This document shows positions 36,538-51,060 of a stretch of DNA of 64,000 nt, piece after piece. Position 1 is the stretch's first letter. Each line of letters begins with the position of its first letter. A model generated the notes under the pieces. It worked only from the letters and a program-made list of their open reading frames with translations. It was not told the origin of the DNA and did no database searches. Source of the DNA: Lama glama (taxonomy: Eukaryota); contig CM052816.1 in NCBI GenBank assembly GCA_028534125.1, forward strand, positions 58,282,001 through 58,346,000, given 5' to 3'. Position numbers and translations under genes: made by a program.

Positions 36538-39414
36538 AATTTCCTTCAAAGCAGATGTTCTTCGAGACAGCATACTTATACTCCAAACCTAAGCCGTGCA
36601 CCCCCTTCTTGGAAGATTCATTGTAGTTTATTTAATTAACAAACAATTATTAAGCCTGTATGCATGTAGGGCTGCTGGTGGAGAATTACAAACACTTACT
36701 TGCCCTTAAGCCATGGCTAGGCTGCTGGGGGTGGGATGAGGGGACATCAAACAATTCCAGCACAGTGTGAGATGAGCTCTAAAAGAGGAAAGCACAGAAT
36801 GCTCCAAACTGGAACTCGCAAGCTGTGCTTCTCGCTCCTTCAAATCCCATGCTCCAACACAGCAGCCATAGTGATCTTTTTTAAATATAAACTGAGTCTT
36901 GTTCTTCCCCTGCTTATTTTCTCTGAAGGCTTACCACTACACTTAGAAGGAATTTCTAAGTCCTTTCATGGCCTACAATATGTATAGTGGTCTGGCTCCT
37001 GCTGCCCTCTCCGCCCACATTCACTGGTTCTTTGAGCATCTACTAGACTGTTGGCCTCCACTCATATCATTTCACTCCACTCCCTTCAACCCTCACCTAC
37101 TCCTGAGTGGTTTCTTCTCATCTCTGTCTTTTGCTCTGTTGTCACCTCAAAGAGTCCTTCTCCAGCCTCTTAAAATAGCTGCCCTGTGTTTTTCTTAATT
37201 ACAGAATTCTATTTCCTCCAGAGCACTTATCACTATCTGAAACGGATTAACTGTTCCCTTGTTAAATGTTTATCTTCCTCCACAGACTGCAAACTCAATG
37301 AGGACGAGGATCTGGTCTAAGTGGAACAGTGCCAGGCACAGAGCATCTCGGGAATGAACAGTCCTGAATGAGGAAACGAGCGGAAGTCCGTCTTCTGGGC
37401 CGCCCCCCACCCTCCTCCCCTAACACACAGTCAGCCACCCCTCACCTGGCCATGGCCAGGCAGGTGCAGATGCTACGACACACCTGGTACATCCAGCAAT
37501 ATCTCAGGGTCCCTTTGCAGCTGTGTTCCTGGTTTCCTGCCCCCACACCCACCCCCAGCCCCAGCCCCAGGAAAGTGGACTAAATGAAAACAGAAGCCCT
37601 TGTCTCCACCTCCCTCCTCATCCCGCCTCCACCTCCCTCCTCATCCCACTTCCACCTCCCATGCAGATAGTTTCTCTCTCTCTCTCTCTCTCTCCGCCTC
37701 AGTTTCTCAATCTCTCTCATGCACACACACACACAAACACACACACACACACCAGAGAAGCACACGTGCAAAGGGAGACACAAACTGCTCAACAGCATTT
37801 CCTGTGAGGTACAATTTTGGCTTTATTCTGAGATCTTAAACTCCTTGTCCCTCACTCCCAAGGTATATCCCAAAGGAGTCTATGCTGTGCCTTTGCTCTG
37901 GGGCTCCTGCAGAAACCCACCAAAAGTCAGCCTCAGGGAAGACATTGCCATTGCCACCCAGGATATCTGGTGTGACCAGAGTTTTCAATGGTGCCAGTGA
38001 GTGACTGTGAGTGCTGGGTGACATCATATATAACCTGGCACTGGACTTTGAATGTGGTACAGCACAAACTTCATCATAAGAATCAGAAAATATAGATTTG
38101 ATGCCTCCAGAACAAAATGGCTAAGATCTCTTTTCCTAGGGATCAGACAGACTGAGCTGAAATGGGTGTTGATAATACCTATTGATTGCATCTCAAGGAC
38201 CTAAACTAAGCCTGGGTCTTGTCGTCAGAAAGCTTATTCCTTTATAGCTGCATCTACTGGGAAAATTTTAGTTCTAAAATATATAGCATTAGAGAAATGG
38301 AAAAAACCTTTTACAATTGTATAGTGAAGAGGTGGGGGGATAATAACAATTTTTAGGATAGCATAGAGCTTACTGAAGAGCTCTGAAGAAAAGACACATT
38401 AGTGTCTTAAGGGATACACTCAATAGACTGTGACATCAGAACCCCGCCATATATGCTAATAGCATGCTAACAGAGCCCTTACTCTGGGCCAGGCACTGAG
38501 CAAAGCACCTGACAGGGATTTCTCATGTAAACTGAGGATAAGGAATTATTCTACCATTTCCACAGGAGGAAACTAAGGCTCTGAGAGATTAAATAGTCAC
38601 ACAGCTTGTGAGCAATGAGTCTGAGCCCCTTACCACATGGCTCCACCAGTTCTCTCTGCCACTACCTCTGTGCTTTTGAACTAAGGGTCAGTGAGAAAGC
38701 CAGGGGAGGTAACCAGCTTAAAATCCACCATCCATTGCCATGTTGTCCTCTTCGTGCCCCCACCTAGGTGGCCTCATCACCAGCCACCCTAGGCAGATGG
38801 CTCTCAAGGCTGCCACTTCAGTGAGGAGAGCAAAGGGCCAGAGTGCAAAAGCCTCCAGACCCTCGCCTGCCACCTACTCACACAGCCCCCAACCACCCAG
38901 ATCCAACGCCCCCGCCACACAAGACACAGATGACGTGGCTTTCAGACAGTAATAGTACTCAGCATTAGTCACCACATTGCTACTGAAACTGAAAGCAATG
39001 TGCTTTTAAAAAGCTGCTCTTTCAGTCCCTATAGACAGAGCTGAACCTAATGAGTGCCCCTTAAATATAATCTAGCATATGTTTCTTTCCTGATAATTAT
39101 ATTATAGCATCATGATAATTCTATAATAATAATAAAATAATAATAATAATAATAAATGGCTACTGTTTACTGAGTATCTACTACGACTCATATGCTTCAC
39201 ATAGATATTTCTCTTAAATAACTGTATCAGGAATAATGTACACTATACTAACATTTTAACAGTTATTAATTTAATAGTTAATAGTATCTTAATAGTATAA
39301 ATATACTAAAGTATTTTATTCATCCATTTTAATTCATTTGTAAAATTAACAATTTCATTCTTTCGGACTTTTTTAGCAATTACAGTTTAGAATATGGCCA
39401 GGCTCTGTAAAGAT

Positions 39415-39590
39415 TAACTCAATTAGTCCTCTTAACAACAGCATATTATTATCCCATTTTTTGAAGATGAGGAAACTGAGGCCCAGAGAGGGTAAGTAAT
39501 TCACCCAAGGCCACACAGCAAGTAGGTAGCAGAACTGAGATTTGAACCCGAGCAATCTGATTTCAGAGTCAAAGCTTATTGCCTCTATGC
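39415..39590 (-). mobile_element. MIR SINE
   Basis: Core ATCCCATTTTTTGAAGATGAGGAAACTGAGGCCCAGAGAGGGTAAGTAATTCACCCAAGGCCACACAGC. Other MIRs at about 5980-6210, 34390-34540, 38470-38640, 42300-42545, 46040-46220 and 52820-53030. Confidence 0.85.
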
Positions 39591-42500
39591 TTTGCTGCTA
39601 CAAATGATCCCAATGGCTAAATTCTTGAGAAAGCAAATGATAACTATGTAAGATTAAAGATTGTGAAAAAAAAAAAGATTAGCAGATTCAGGCAAGACTC
39701 CATCTTGTGACAGTCAGAATCACATACAATTCATAGAAACAATTTACACACTGAGTTGAGATCAAAATAAACAGTAAGTGCTTAATGTTACACACTTTAG
39801 AGATTCTAATTTTTTAAGATTAAGTAAATAAAGACTTAGAAATGCTTACAATAGTTATAAGCATTCCTAACTGTAATTTGTTAGTGTCACCATTTATAAA
39901 TCAGCAGGAATGGTATGTAAGGTGTTCACTGAATACTCATGCTGTCACTGGATGCTCAGCTAAAACCCACATGCAGATGAACGTTGGAGAAATTTACTTG
40001 ATTAGTTAACAAACAGCAACCTGCAAGGTTTACTGGTGGGAAATAGGTCACTCAGGTAGAATACATAATACGGCCACCATCATATAGCTGGATGAGTGGT
40101 GGAGCCAGGATTTGAAGCAGATATGATGCAAAGCCCACATCCTTTCTACTCACTACACTGCCTTTCTGAAAGAATAGGATAAGAAGGGATTTCAGTTATG
40201 TTTTCCTATAAAACCTTGAATTTATGTTAAAAGCTATTCATCAAGAGGGGATAAACAAACCTAGCACTCATAAAGTATAATTTCTCTGCCATTCTCTGAT
40301 CTATTTTCTATCCTCCATAAATTCTGTATCCCCAGGGTCTTTCATAAATCATATTGGTTATCATTAAAAACTATCTATTTAATTGATTGTTTTTAGTTTG
40401 AAATTCTGTGAAATAAATTTGCTATAAGCTTGGAATCCATGTTTTACAGTATTTCCTTTTAGTTTATCATAGACTAATTAATCCTTTCTTCCTTTTTCTA
40501 AATGACTTATTTTAACCCAAAATATATAGCAACTGAAACCAAGGAAACATATCTGTGGATTCTGTTATTAATTTGTTGTCTATTGTTACTCATTGAAATC
40601 ATGATCCTTCTCCCAAGGGTGACAGAATAATTCCAGACAAGACACCGTCTACAAAGCAGGTAAGAGAGAAACGAGGGAAATGGTTAGACCTCAACACATT
40701 TGGGTCACACTCAAAGAACAAAATGCCTGTAAGCTGTTTTTTCTTTAAACTGTTATATTAAAAAGCACAATTTGGTTTGTTTTTGTTTGTTTGGTTTTAA
40801 CTTCATCTCTGAGGCAAGTTTCTCCCATTTCTTTGCTTCAAATAGCTAGCTAAGCCGCAGGTCATTCAAGATAACTTCCCAAATGTCAGGCACACATAGA
40901 AAAGGATAATGGCTGTAAGGTTTAAGACTCAGGCTGCTACTGACCAGGACTGACCTTCCTGGAATTGGAAGTCCAGCTGCCCCAAGCCCCCAACAACTCA
41001 AAGAAGTAAGCTTCTAGACACACCTTCAGAACTGTCATCATGGTACTCAGAGACCTGAAGAGGAAATGTAGCTAAACCTGAATTTTCAACTTTCTTTTTG
41101 AGCCTATTAAAGGCTAAGAAAGGTCTGCTTGAGGGAGAGTGTAGAGCATATCCCTGAAAATGGACTTTACAAGAGAGAATGGACAGTCTTCTCTCCTGGG
41201 TATTGAACTTCTTTCCATCAAAGCAGGATGTTCTGCTGTTGCCTCACCCCCACCCCCACAGTGAAGTTCTCTTTTCTTTTCTTCTATCTGCTCCTTTTTT
41301 CTCCTTCTCTACAATTCTTCACTAATATGACATTTTGAAATACTCCACTTCTTGTCCAAAACTTAGTCACATCATCCAGTAATTATGTGACCTCCTTGAT
41401 ACACAGAAAACTAAATTAGTTTTTGGTTCAGTGATAAGGCTTACTATGTCAGACAAAAGAAATAATGTTTTAAAACATCTTGTCCTCACAAATCATCACT
41501 CTTTCACGTCTGCAACAAATGTCTACAAAATTAAGTATCGTGTGAATAAATAAAATTAAAATTTAGTTTTCTAATAAACCCTAATTCTTGGAGCAATAAA
41601 AACTGTTCATGTTGACAACATCCCTTTAAGACTTTTTTTTTCTGTTGGTCTCATGCGTTCACATTCAGTTAAATGCTCAAATGTGGATTCATTTATGGAA
41701 CGTGGACACTTGTAGTATCTCCTTGGCCAAAGGTCCCTCTGGATGACTCCTGCCTCTGCCTCTAGGAGACAGCGTTCAACTCTGGAGAGTTTTTACATTA
41801 GACATGGGTCATCACCATCCTCAAAATGCATTAAGTTTGTCTCTACATACAACTCTGTAAGTGAGAGAAACATAACACAGTGCTTTGGCATTAAACAGGC
41901 CTGGATTCAATCCCAACCCAACAATTCTGTTCTCCCCCATGTGTATAACGAGACTTGGACGTGGATAAATATCGCAGCACTGTGTTTAATGGAGAAACAT
42001 AGGAAACAACCTAAATGTCCATCCCTGAAGAAATGTACTGCTAAGCTAGAATACTACATAAGAGTTAAAAGAAGTAACCTAGATGTTTACAATTGTGTAC
42101 AATTATCAAGTGCTTACAATGGGTAAGTTTCTGTTCTATGGCTAATGCTTTCAAGTCCACCCCCATGCAGCAATGTTGGCAATGCTGCTTAGAACACGAG
42201 TAGGATTTAGTGGAAATATACCATAGCAACAGAAATAAACAAGTCAACATCTTTGTCTTCGTGATGGACAGCCAGGGGCATCTTTAATAACAGTTACAAC
42301 GAACAGCAGTTACTGAGCACCTTCTGTGTCAGCCACTGTTCTACATGCTTTCCATGTTTAACTCAATTTATCCTCCAAGAACCCAATAAGGTAAAGACTA
42401 TTAGAATCCACATGTCCCAGATAAAGAAATTAAGGCACATAGAAGACAGGGAATTTGCCCAAGGTCACACACTAGTAATGGTAGGACTGGAATTCAACCC

Positions 42501-42719
42501 ACACAGTCTAACTCCAGATCCTGTGATCCTAACCACTTTGCTGTCTGTGTCTCTATTGGAATCAAAATGGATAGATGTCAAAATAAAATGTGAATCGGGG
42601 AAAAAGGAGGCAGAATTTTGTATAAGACATCACTTATGGAAACTTTAAGAGCACATATACATTATAATAATACCGTGTATCAGCAATTAATATATAAACG
42701 TATTATGCAAAAGTGTTTT

Positions 42720-42846
42720 TTATAGGTTTTTTTTTAATTTGAGAGGATGGTAATTAGATTTTTTTTTGATGGAGGTACAGGGATTGAACCTAGGACCTTG
42801 TGCATGCTAAGCACATGCTCTACCACTGAGCTGTACCTTCCCCTCC
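42720..42846 (-). mobile_element. tRNA-derived SINE, Vic-1-like
   Basis: Plus strand GGATTGAACCTAGGACCTTGTGCATGCTAAGC...CACTGAGCTGTACC. TSD TATG(C/T)AAAAGT(G/A)TTTT at 42704-42719 and 42847-42862. Confidence 0.85.
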
Positions 42847-44107
42847 TATGTAAAAGTATTTTCATGTGGACTGGAAGAAGATCCACCCAGCTCCTGAGAG
42901 AGGTTCATTATGGAAAGAGAGGAAATAAGACATCAGGAGGGGGAGATAAGAAAAGAGACTGAACTGAACTGTATTGCTAATATTTTATCTAATATTTTAT
43001 CTCCTTAAAAAGACTTCTTCAACTTCAATGAATATATGAAGTCAATGCACTACCCTTTTAGTTTTCCCAATAGTCTTATAAAATGTCTCATTTTCCCCCT
43101 ATCATTCATATTTGCAAAGCCCAGAATTCATAAACAGGCTTTACATTTAACCCTATCAATTAGCATTTGTATTATTAGGAGATAGTTTAAATGACATTTA
43201 CTTAAAAATTTTTTTATTGATTTATGAATTTTAATAGCATGAAAAGATTTTACGTAAAAATCAAATAGGTTAAACAAATTTTACTTTCTAAAGATAAAAG
43301 TCATGCAGATTCATTTTAGAAACTTTAAAAATTCCAATATGCAAAAAGCTACTTCACTGAAATACCACTGTTTACAGTCCCATGCATATTGTTCCAGGGT
43401 TCTTCTATGATTAAATATACATATATACTTTTTTAATATAAAAATGTCATTATACTATATATCCATCTCCATAAACTGCTATTTTCCATTTAATACACAG
43501 CAAATGTCTTTAAATATTTCTGCATTAATCTGTTGCATATATTTCATTCCATGGGTGTACATATTTAACCAATTGTTAGTCCCCTCCCTGAAAAAAAGGT
43601 TAAATAAAGACATTTTTGGAAAAATTAAAGCTGAAAGAATTTGTTGCTAGCAAATCTACACTACAAGCAAGTGTAAAAAGAAGTTCCTATGGCTGAAGGA
43701 AAATTATTCTGGATGGAAACTCAGATCTACACAAAGGAATGAAGAGCATCAGAGAGTAAATATGTGAGTCAACAAACTTTTTTGGGTTTTTTTTACATTT
43801 CTATAAAAGATAATTTAAAGTTTAAAGCAAAAAGGTATAAAAGTGCATAATAGGTTTTATAACAGATGTAAAATTAAATGGTATGACAATAATAGCACAA
43901 AACATGGCAGAAGAAAATGGAAGCAATCTCTTGTAAGGCTCTTATATTATTCAGGAAGTAATATAATATTATTTGAAGGAAAATGGGATAAGATGCACAT
44001 TGTAAACCCTAGAGCAACCACTAAATAATTAAAACAAAAAGTACAAAATAAGACAGTAATTATATGATTCAAAGCAACAACTGATATTTAAAGAAAGGAA
44101 GGACTCA

Positions 44108-45170
44108 CCTAAACTTAAAAGGTTTTGCACAGCAAAGAAACCATCAACAAAATGAAAAGACAATCTACTGAATGGGAGAAAATATTTGAAAATAATGTGA
44201 CTGATAATGGATTAATATCCAATATATATAAACAGCTCATACAACATCAAAAAATCAAACAACTCAATTTAAAAATGGGCAAAAAAACTGAATAGACATT
44301 TTTCCAAAGAGGAAATGCAGATGGCCAGCAGGCACATAAGAAGATGCTCAACATCGCTAAAATCAAGGGAATGCAAATCAAAACCACAGTGAGATCTCAC
44401 CTCATACCTGTCAAAATTGCTATCATCAAAAAGAACACAAATAACCAATGTTGGTGAGGATGTGAAGAAAAGGGGAACCCTCGTACACTGTTGGTGGGAA
44501 TGTAAATTGGTGCAGCCACCATGAAAAACAATATAGAGGTTTCTCAAAAAACTAAAAATAGAACTACCATGTGACCCAGAAATTCTACTCCTGGGCATAT
44601 ATCCAAAAAAACCCCCAAAACACTAATTCAAAAAGATACATGCACCTCAATATTCACAGAAGCATTATTTACTATTGCCAAGATATGAAAGCAATCTAAG
44701 TGTTCATCCCAGATGAATGAATAAAGAAGATGTGGTATATGTATACAATGGAATACTACTCAGTCATAAAAAGAATGAAATTTTGCCATTTACATGCATT
44801 TACAGCAACATGGTTGGAAGAGGAGGGCATTATGCTAAGCAAAATAAGATAAAGACAAACAATGTATGTTATCACTTATATGTGGAATCTAAAAAAACCA
44901 CAACAAACTAGTGAATACAACTACAACAAAAAAGAAGCAGACTAATAGATACAGAGAATAAAAGAGCAGTTACCAGTGGAGAATGTGGAGGGAAGCAATA
45001 CAGGGGTTGAGGTGAGAGGTACAAACTATTGGGTGTAAGACAGGCTACAAGGATGTATTGTACAACATGGGAAATACAGCCAGTATTTTGTAGTAACTGT
45101 AAATGGAGTGTAAACTTTAAAAACTGTAAAAAAAATTAAAATAATTATAAATAAATAAATAATACAAAAT
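44108..45170 (+). mobile_element. 5'-truncated LINE-1 (ORF2 3' third plus 3' UTR)
   Basis: Contains GAAATGCAAATCAAAACCAC-type ORF2 sequence and an A-rich tail. TSD AAAGGA(A)(G/A)GACTCA near 44094-44107 and 45175-45188. An older L1 ORF1-end fragment lies at about 43585-44030. Confidence 0.9.
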
Positions 45171-48100
45171 AAAAAAAGGAAAGACTCATCATTGAGAGAT
45201 GCAGGCTGGCTTCACTATTGTCACCTGCTGCTCTTCCAGGAATAAAAATATCCTTTAACAATTTAACTCTGGTCTACTTCCTTAGTCCCACCTTCCAACT
45301 CAAAGTATGGAGGCAACAAACTCCTCCAAGCAAACTTTTAAAGACCCACAGTCCAGAGGGGTCCACAGGGAGAACTGAACTAGATGAGATCCAGGTATCT
45401 TCGTCATGAGTCCATGACCTCACCAGAGAAGCCTGGGTCCTGAAGCTTTGACATTAATCACCTTTATCTCAATTTTAACAATGTTTATCACTACTGAAGA
45501 AATATTTTTAGATTCATTTTTAATACAGTTTGGTATATAATAACCAAAGTGAAACTATGCTGGCATTTTCAGTATCAAAGGACCAATTTCTCTGAGGTTC
45601 AGTTCCTCTTTGCATCCACATGCCCACAGAGACAAAACACAGTGACTTGGACTTGAATGAGCCCTTCAGGGAACAGCCAGCTGTTGATGCTAAATACGTA
45701 GGAGTTTGAATGATGGAAATCAAACAGACTTCTGAATCATCCTGTTTTGTTGCCTGGATCCATGCACAGCTCTAAGTGTCTCTGACAAATCCTTTTGCTC
45801 ACTGAGGTGCAGCCAGTGCCTGCAGGCTGCTAGCAGCTGGGATTTTTTTTTAATGGTTCATGACTCTCAAAATATAGTTATCACTCTAGACCCATCCCAA
45901 ACATCTTTGTGGCTATGGGCAAACCACCTGACCCCCTAAAATCTTGCATTAGTCACCTGGTAATTGTTACATTAATAATATCTAACAGTATGTGCTCTGC
46001 TTGGGCTCTAAGTGACTATATAATACATATGTATAATAATATAATAAATAACACATTATAAATAAATGATATTCACTTGAACCTTGGAACAGATAATTAA
46101 ACTGGGACAGAGAGAATTTGAATAACTTGCCCTCAAATTATAAAATGAGGAAGTGACAGAGCTGGGGATTTAAACCCAAGACTCAGCTCCAGCTCCTCAC
46201 CTCTGGACTACACAGCCTCTGGTAAAGGAATAGTGAAAGACCGAGCATCACAAATTCAACTCATTTTTAGCACCAATTTCAAGGTGACTGTAGACAAACA
46301 CTGGGACAAAACACAGCAACTTCACTTCTTACTCACGTCCCTGCCACCAAACTGCTGCTCTCCAGCCTTCCCTTGTCTACCCCAAATGTTCACCCTATAA
46401 GCACTTCCCCCAAAGGGTAGTTGGAGATAGCTCCCCTGCAGTCACTATGGAGAGCTGATCTTCGTACGAGATCCCATTCTAGGTGCTAACATGTCAAGCC
46501 AAGTTGGCCTTCTTACCCATGAGGAATGCATTCACTTGTTCATTCAAGTATTTATCAACCACTTATTATGAGCCAGCCTGGGCACTGTGCCAGGTACTGG
46601 GAATACAGTGCTAAAAAAATAGGTACAGCCTTTGCCCTTAAAGAACACATAACCACATAAAGGAGACAGATTGTGAGCTCATAATTACTAACTGCTTAGA
46701 GAAGGAAGGAAAACTTAGGGGGAATGAAACAGAAGAGCTGACATTTGAGCAGAAATCTGAGGGTTCAGTGGGAGTGTACCAGTCAAACAAGAATAAAATT
46801 CCAAGCAAGGGGAGAGCACGTGCAAAGGCATGAAAGAGGGACACAGATTTGAGGGCTCCATGACCATGGGACTGTGGGCAAATGATGGAAGAATAGGAAA
46901 TCATGTTAAAGAGATGAGGCAGGCTTTGACTGAAGAAGGCCACAGAAGCAAGGATATATGTCGCCTCACCCCCTTTACACACTAATAAAATGACAGAAAG
47001 GAGCACAAAAGGAATAAGACGACAACAAAGATATAGGAAGGAGGTCGTCAGTGGATGCACAAAAGAATTTACCACGGTGGAAAGCACTAGAAACGGTGTG
47101 GACTCATGAAGCAGAGAAGAGGAAGCCACAGTCTATGCACAGAGTGGGTGCAACCAAGGACAGAGCTCTTGACAGACATCCAAACTTGGGTATGCCAAAA
47201 GCAGATCCCGAGACAAAGACTTGTATACTGGTAGTTTATTTGGGAGGTGATGCAAAAAAAGCATAATAAAGGAGATGGGGGAGAAAAGGGGAGAAAAAAC
47301 CAATTAAGTGCATGTAAATTTGAAGGTGACAGTTGTGGGCAATTAGGCCTTGATCTCAGTGGGGATGTAATGCACCTCAGAGCTGGAGTATTTATTCAAC
47401 AAATTCCATCCCTCAATGGGTGAGGGTTGTCCCTGGAGGCTTAGACCTCCAGCACTTTCAGGCCACTCTGCATGCTGAACCAAGCTGTCCTGGCCACGGA
47501 GAAAGCCTCCAAGTAGAAAAAGGCAGGTACTTGAGGTAGAAAATTGTCAGTATTTACAGGAACTGGGACTTCAGGCCAACTCAGAGGTGGGCAGCAGGGA
47601 GGTGGTGCTAGGCATCAACAGTTTCTGCTACGTACAACGGCTCCAAACTCAGAGTGTGTGAAGGACAACAGGAATAGGGCAGGAATTAACTGGAACTTAG
47701 CTGAAATTCAGTTCACCAAGCAAATGTTCTCTTACAACACCATGCATGGTAGACTCTGCAACCAGATCATTACCCTTCCCTTGATGTATTATCCATCCAA
47801 CACTGAAAGGTTACAAACGGTGGAAATACCATACTCAAATGTGTTTCCTCCAAAATCCAAAAAGGCATCCTAGTGTTGTGCCTCATTTTGGGGGCAGACG
47901 ATGAAAGATACAGCAACCTGTTTTTCACCTTGCAGGAACTGTCTCAACTGGACCCCCGGAAACTTCACTAAGGAGACAGACTCCTGAATGCTCATAAGCT
48001 TTATCTCCCACCCTGTGGTTCATATATGTCTCAATAGGCATCCTAAGTACCTTTTACTTTCTGCTCATCAGATCTAATTAACACAGGCATCAAAATAGTG

Positions 48101-49446
48101 GTCCATTATAAATGTTGCACAAAATGTCAAAATGTCCAAGGCTTTGGTGGACTATATTATGACAGAGTGCAGGGCAGGACAGGTGGTGTAGACCTGAGGC
48201 AAGACTGGGAAAATATACTGTTGTTTCTTTCAGGTAAAAATAAATTGCTTCTAGTGATACCTACAAATTGGAAAGAGAAAAAAGAATTTTCTGGATCACT
48301 ATCTGAGTACTAGGTGCCCAGGGCTGTATTAATTTGCTCCAGTATATACACCATACCTGCAAGAGCAGATAAAATTGGAATTAAGTATACAATCATCCAT
48401 GGTCATTCTCCAAGATTCTTCTGATTACTTCAAAGGCCAAACAGACAAGTTAAACAAGGATGCAGTAAGTAGTAGAAGCTCACGTCTTTTACGTATTCAA
48501 CAGCAGCAAGCACTTCAGTTCTTCTGCTGTATTAGATATTTCCTCCCACATCAGACTTTGTGCTTGTCTCCCTAATTATGGATGTAATGACAACAAGGAG
48601 AGATCTGAGTGGGTCTTGAGGACAACAGGCATCCTCTTCTAAAGCAACTGCCCCAAGTAGAATTATTATAATTGTCAGCCTAGAGAAGGCTAGTCTTCTT
48701 GGATGCAGAAGGGTAGCCTGCTTCCACCACCAACAGAAGCTTGCTATGACTTGGGGATCCAAGATTCTAAGCTCTACCTGAGTCCATAAGATGTCCCCCT
48801 TCCAAGTCTTAAGGTCTCATTCCTTCTCAATGTCCTAACTCTTATGAAAAAGACATGGCAAAGCTGTGAATTCAGTTAAATTTTGTGTTTCATTTTCAGC
48901 AATACTGGCTCTGTGGCTGTAAGAAATGAGGTTATTTTTAGGGCTGCCTTAGAAGCTCTCTGGTTCTCTATAACTAGAGCTGAGAATTTAAGCTTCTAAG
49001 CTTCCCAAGTATCCCAGGCTATATCCTTTGTGGTCATCATTACTGCCACAATGGTCAAGGGCAACAGCCACTTGTTCCCCAGAGATATTTGCTTCTGTAG
49101 ATGCTTCATCACAATTTACCACACGTGAGATACTTTAGAGACTGGACTTGTCAGCAAACGGGCTTTAACACCAAGCTTTCAAAAAAAAAAAAAAGCTTTC
49201 AATTTCATAGCTTTTTGAATTTTAAAACTGTACATAAAAGATTATGAACCTATGATGATATAACAGTACTGAGGAGAGGTGAAAGAGATGGGACAACTGT
49301 GTAAGCTAGGCAAAATTTTACTTATTATAGCAAGAATGAAATGGATGATTTCTAAAGTTGAAAAGCAAATAAGAATTAATATAAGCTTTTAGATAGGTAT
49401 ATCACCAAAAGAACAAACTAGAAATGATTAAAAGTGATTGCTTTTC

Positions 49447-50771
49447 ATCCCACTCCTGGGCATATATCCAGAAGGAACCCTACTTCAAAAAGACACCTGC
49501 ACCTCAATGTTCATAGCAGCACTATTTACAATAGCCAAGACATGGAAACAGCCTAGATGTCCATCAACAGATGACTGAATAAAGAAGATGTGGTATATTT
49601 ATACGATGGAATACTATTCAGCCACAAAAACCGACAACATAACGCCATTTGCAGCAACATGGATGTTCCTGGAGAATGTCACTCTAAGTGAAGTAAGCCC
49701 AAAAGAGAAAGAAAAATACCATATGAGATCACTCATATGTGGAATCTAAAAAAAAAAAAAANNNNNNNNNNNNNNNNNNNNNNNNNNNNNNNNNNNNNNN
49801 NNNNNNNNNNNNNNNNNNNNNNNNNNNNNNNNNNNNNNNNNNNNNNNNNNNNNNNNNNNNNNNNNNNNNNNNNNNNNNNNNNNNNNNNNNNNNNNNNNNN
49901 NNNNNNNNNNNNNNNNNNNNNNNNNNNNNNNNNNNNNNNNNNNNNNNNNNNNNNNNNNNNNNNNNNNNNNNNNNNNNNNNNNNNNNNNNNNNNNNNNNNN
50001 NNNNNNNNNNNNNNNNNNNNNNNNNNNNNNNNNNNNNNNNNNNNNNNNNNNNNNNNNNNNNNNNNNNNNNNNNNNNNNNNNNNNNNNNNNNNNNNNNNNN
50101 NNNNNNNNNNNNNNNNNNNNNNNNNNNNNNNNNNNNNNNNNNNNNNNNNNNNNNNNNNNNNNNNNNNNNNNNNNNNNNNNNNNNNNNNNNNNNNNNNNNN
50201 NNNNNNNNNNNNNNNNNNNNNNNNNNNNNNNNNNNNNNNNNNNNNNNNNNNNNNNNNNNNNAAACAAGATTATACTGTATAGCACAGGAAAATATATACA
50301 AGATCTTGTGGTAGCTCATAGCAAAAACAAAATGTGACAATGAATATATGGATGTTCATGTATAACTGAAAAATTGTGCTCTACACTAGAATTTGACACA
50401 ATATTGTAAAATGACTATTACTCAATAAAAAAATGTAAAAAAAAAAAAGAAGACAAATGAACTTAAATATAAAACAGAAACAGACTCAGAGACATAGAAT
50501 AAAAACTTGTGGATCCCAGGGTGGAGGGGGTTGGGTAGGAGCAGACTGGGAGTTTGAGATTTATAGATGCTGACAGGTATATACAGAATAGATAAACAAG
50601 TTTATATTGTACAGCACAGGAAAATAAAGCCAAGATCTTGTAGTAGCTCACGGTAAAAAAGAATATAAAAATGTATATATGTATATTCATATATGACTGA
50701 AAAACTGTGCTGTACACCAGAAATTGACACAACATTGTAAACTGACTATAACTCAATAAAAAAACCTGAAA
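49447..50771 (+). mobile_element. LINE-1 3' composite (two 3' ends) spanning an assembly gap
   Basis: ORF2 end, gap, young 3' end, then a second 3' UTR. Outer TSD AAAAGTG(A/G)TTGCTTTTC at 49430-49446 and 50772-50788. Confidence 0.85.
49762..50261. other. Assembly gap (500 N)
   Basis: Exactly 500 N. Confidence 1.
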
Positions 50772-51060
50772 AAAAGTGGTTGCTTTTCTGAATAAAGGAC
50801 GGATGAGAAAGGTGGATCAGGGCACTCTTATGAGCCTGCTTGTTCTATTCATTTTTAATCATGTATAAGTATTACCTGATTTTTTTTTTTATCTTAAAGA
50901 ATTTACACCAGGCCCAGGACACTGAGGGACGGTAAGGAAAGACATTTAAATTTTATTCCTAAGTGATAGGGAACCAACAGAAGTATTTAAGCAAGAGAAT
51001 GGCATGATCAAAAAATGTTCTTAAGAAAGGTCAGAAGGGTCTGCAATGTGAAGAGTGTAC

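Noticed and set aside
38931..38938. TGACGTGG (UPRE/half-CRE motif)
   Set aside because: A single 8-mer is expected by chance in 64 kb and has no supporting context.
46638..47129. 163-aa hydrophobic ORF
   Set aside because: It overlaps L2 and old L1-like repeat sequence, and its F/L/S-rich composition follows from the pyrimidine-rich strand.
26831..49229. Similar 40-mers GCTTTCAATTTCA...TTTTTGA.TTTTAAAA at 26831 and 49191
   Set aside because: Short, AT-rich and most likely remnants of the same old interspersed repeat.
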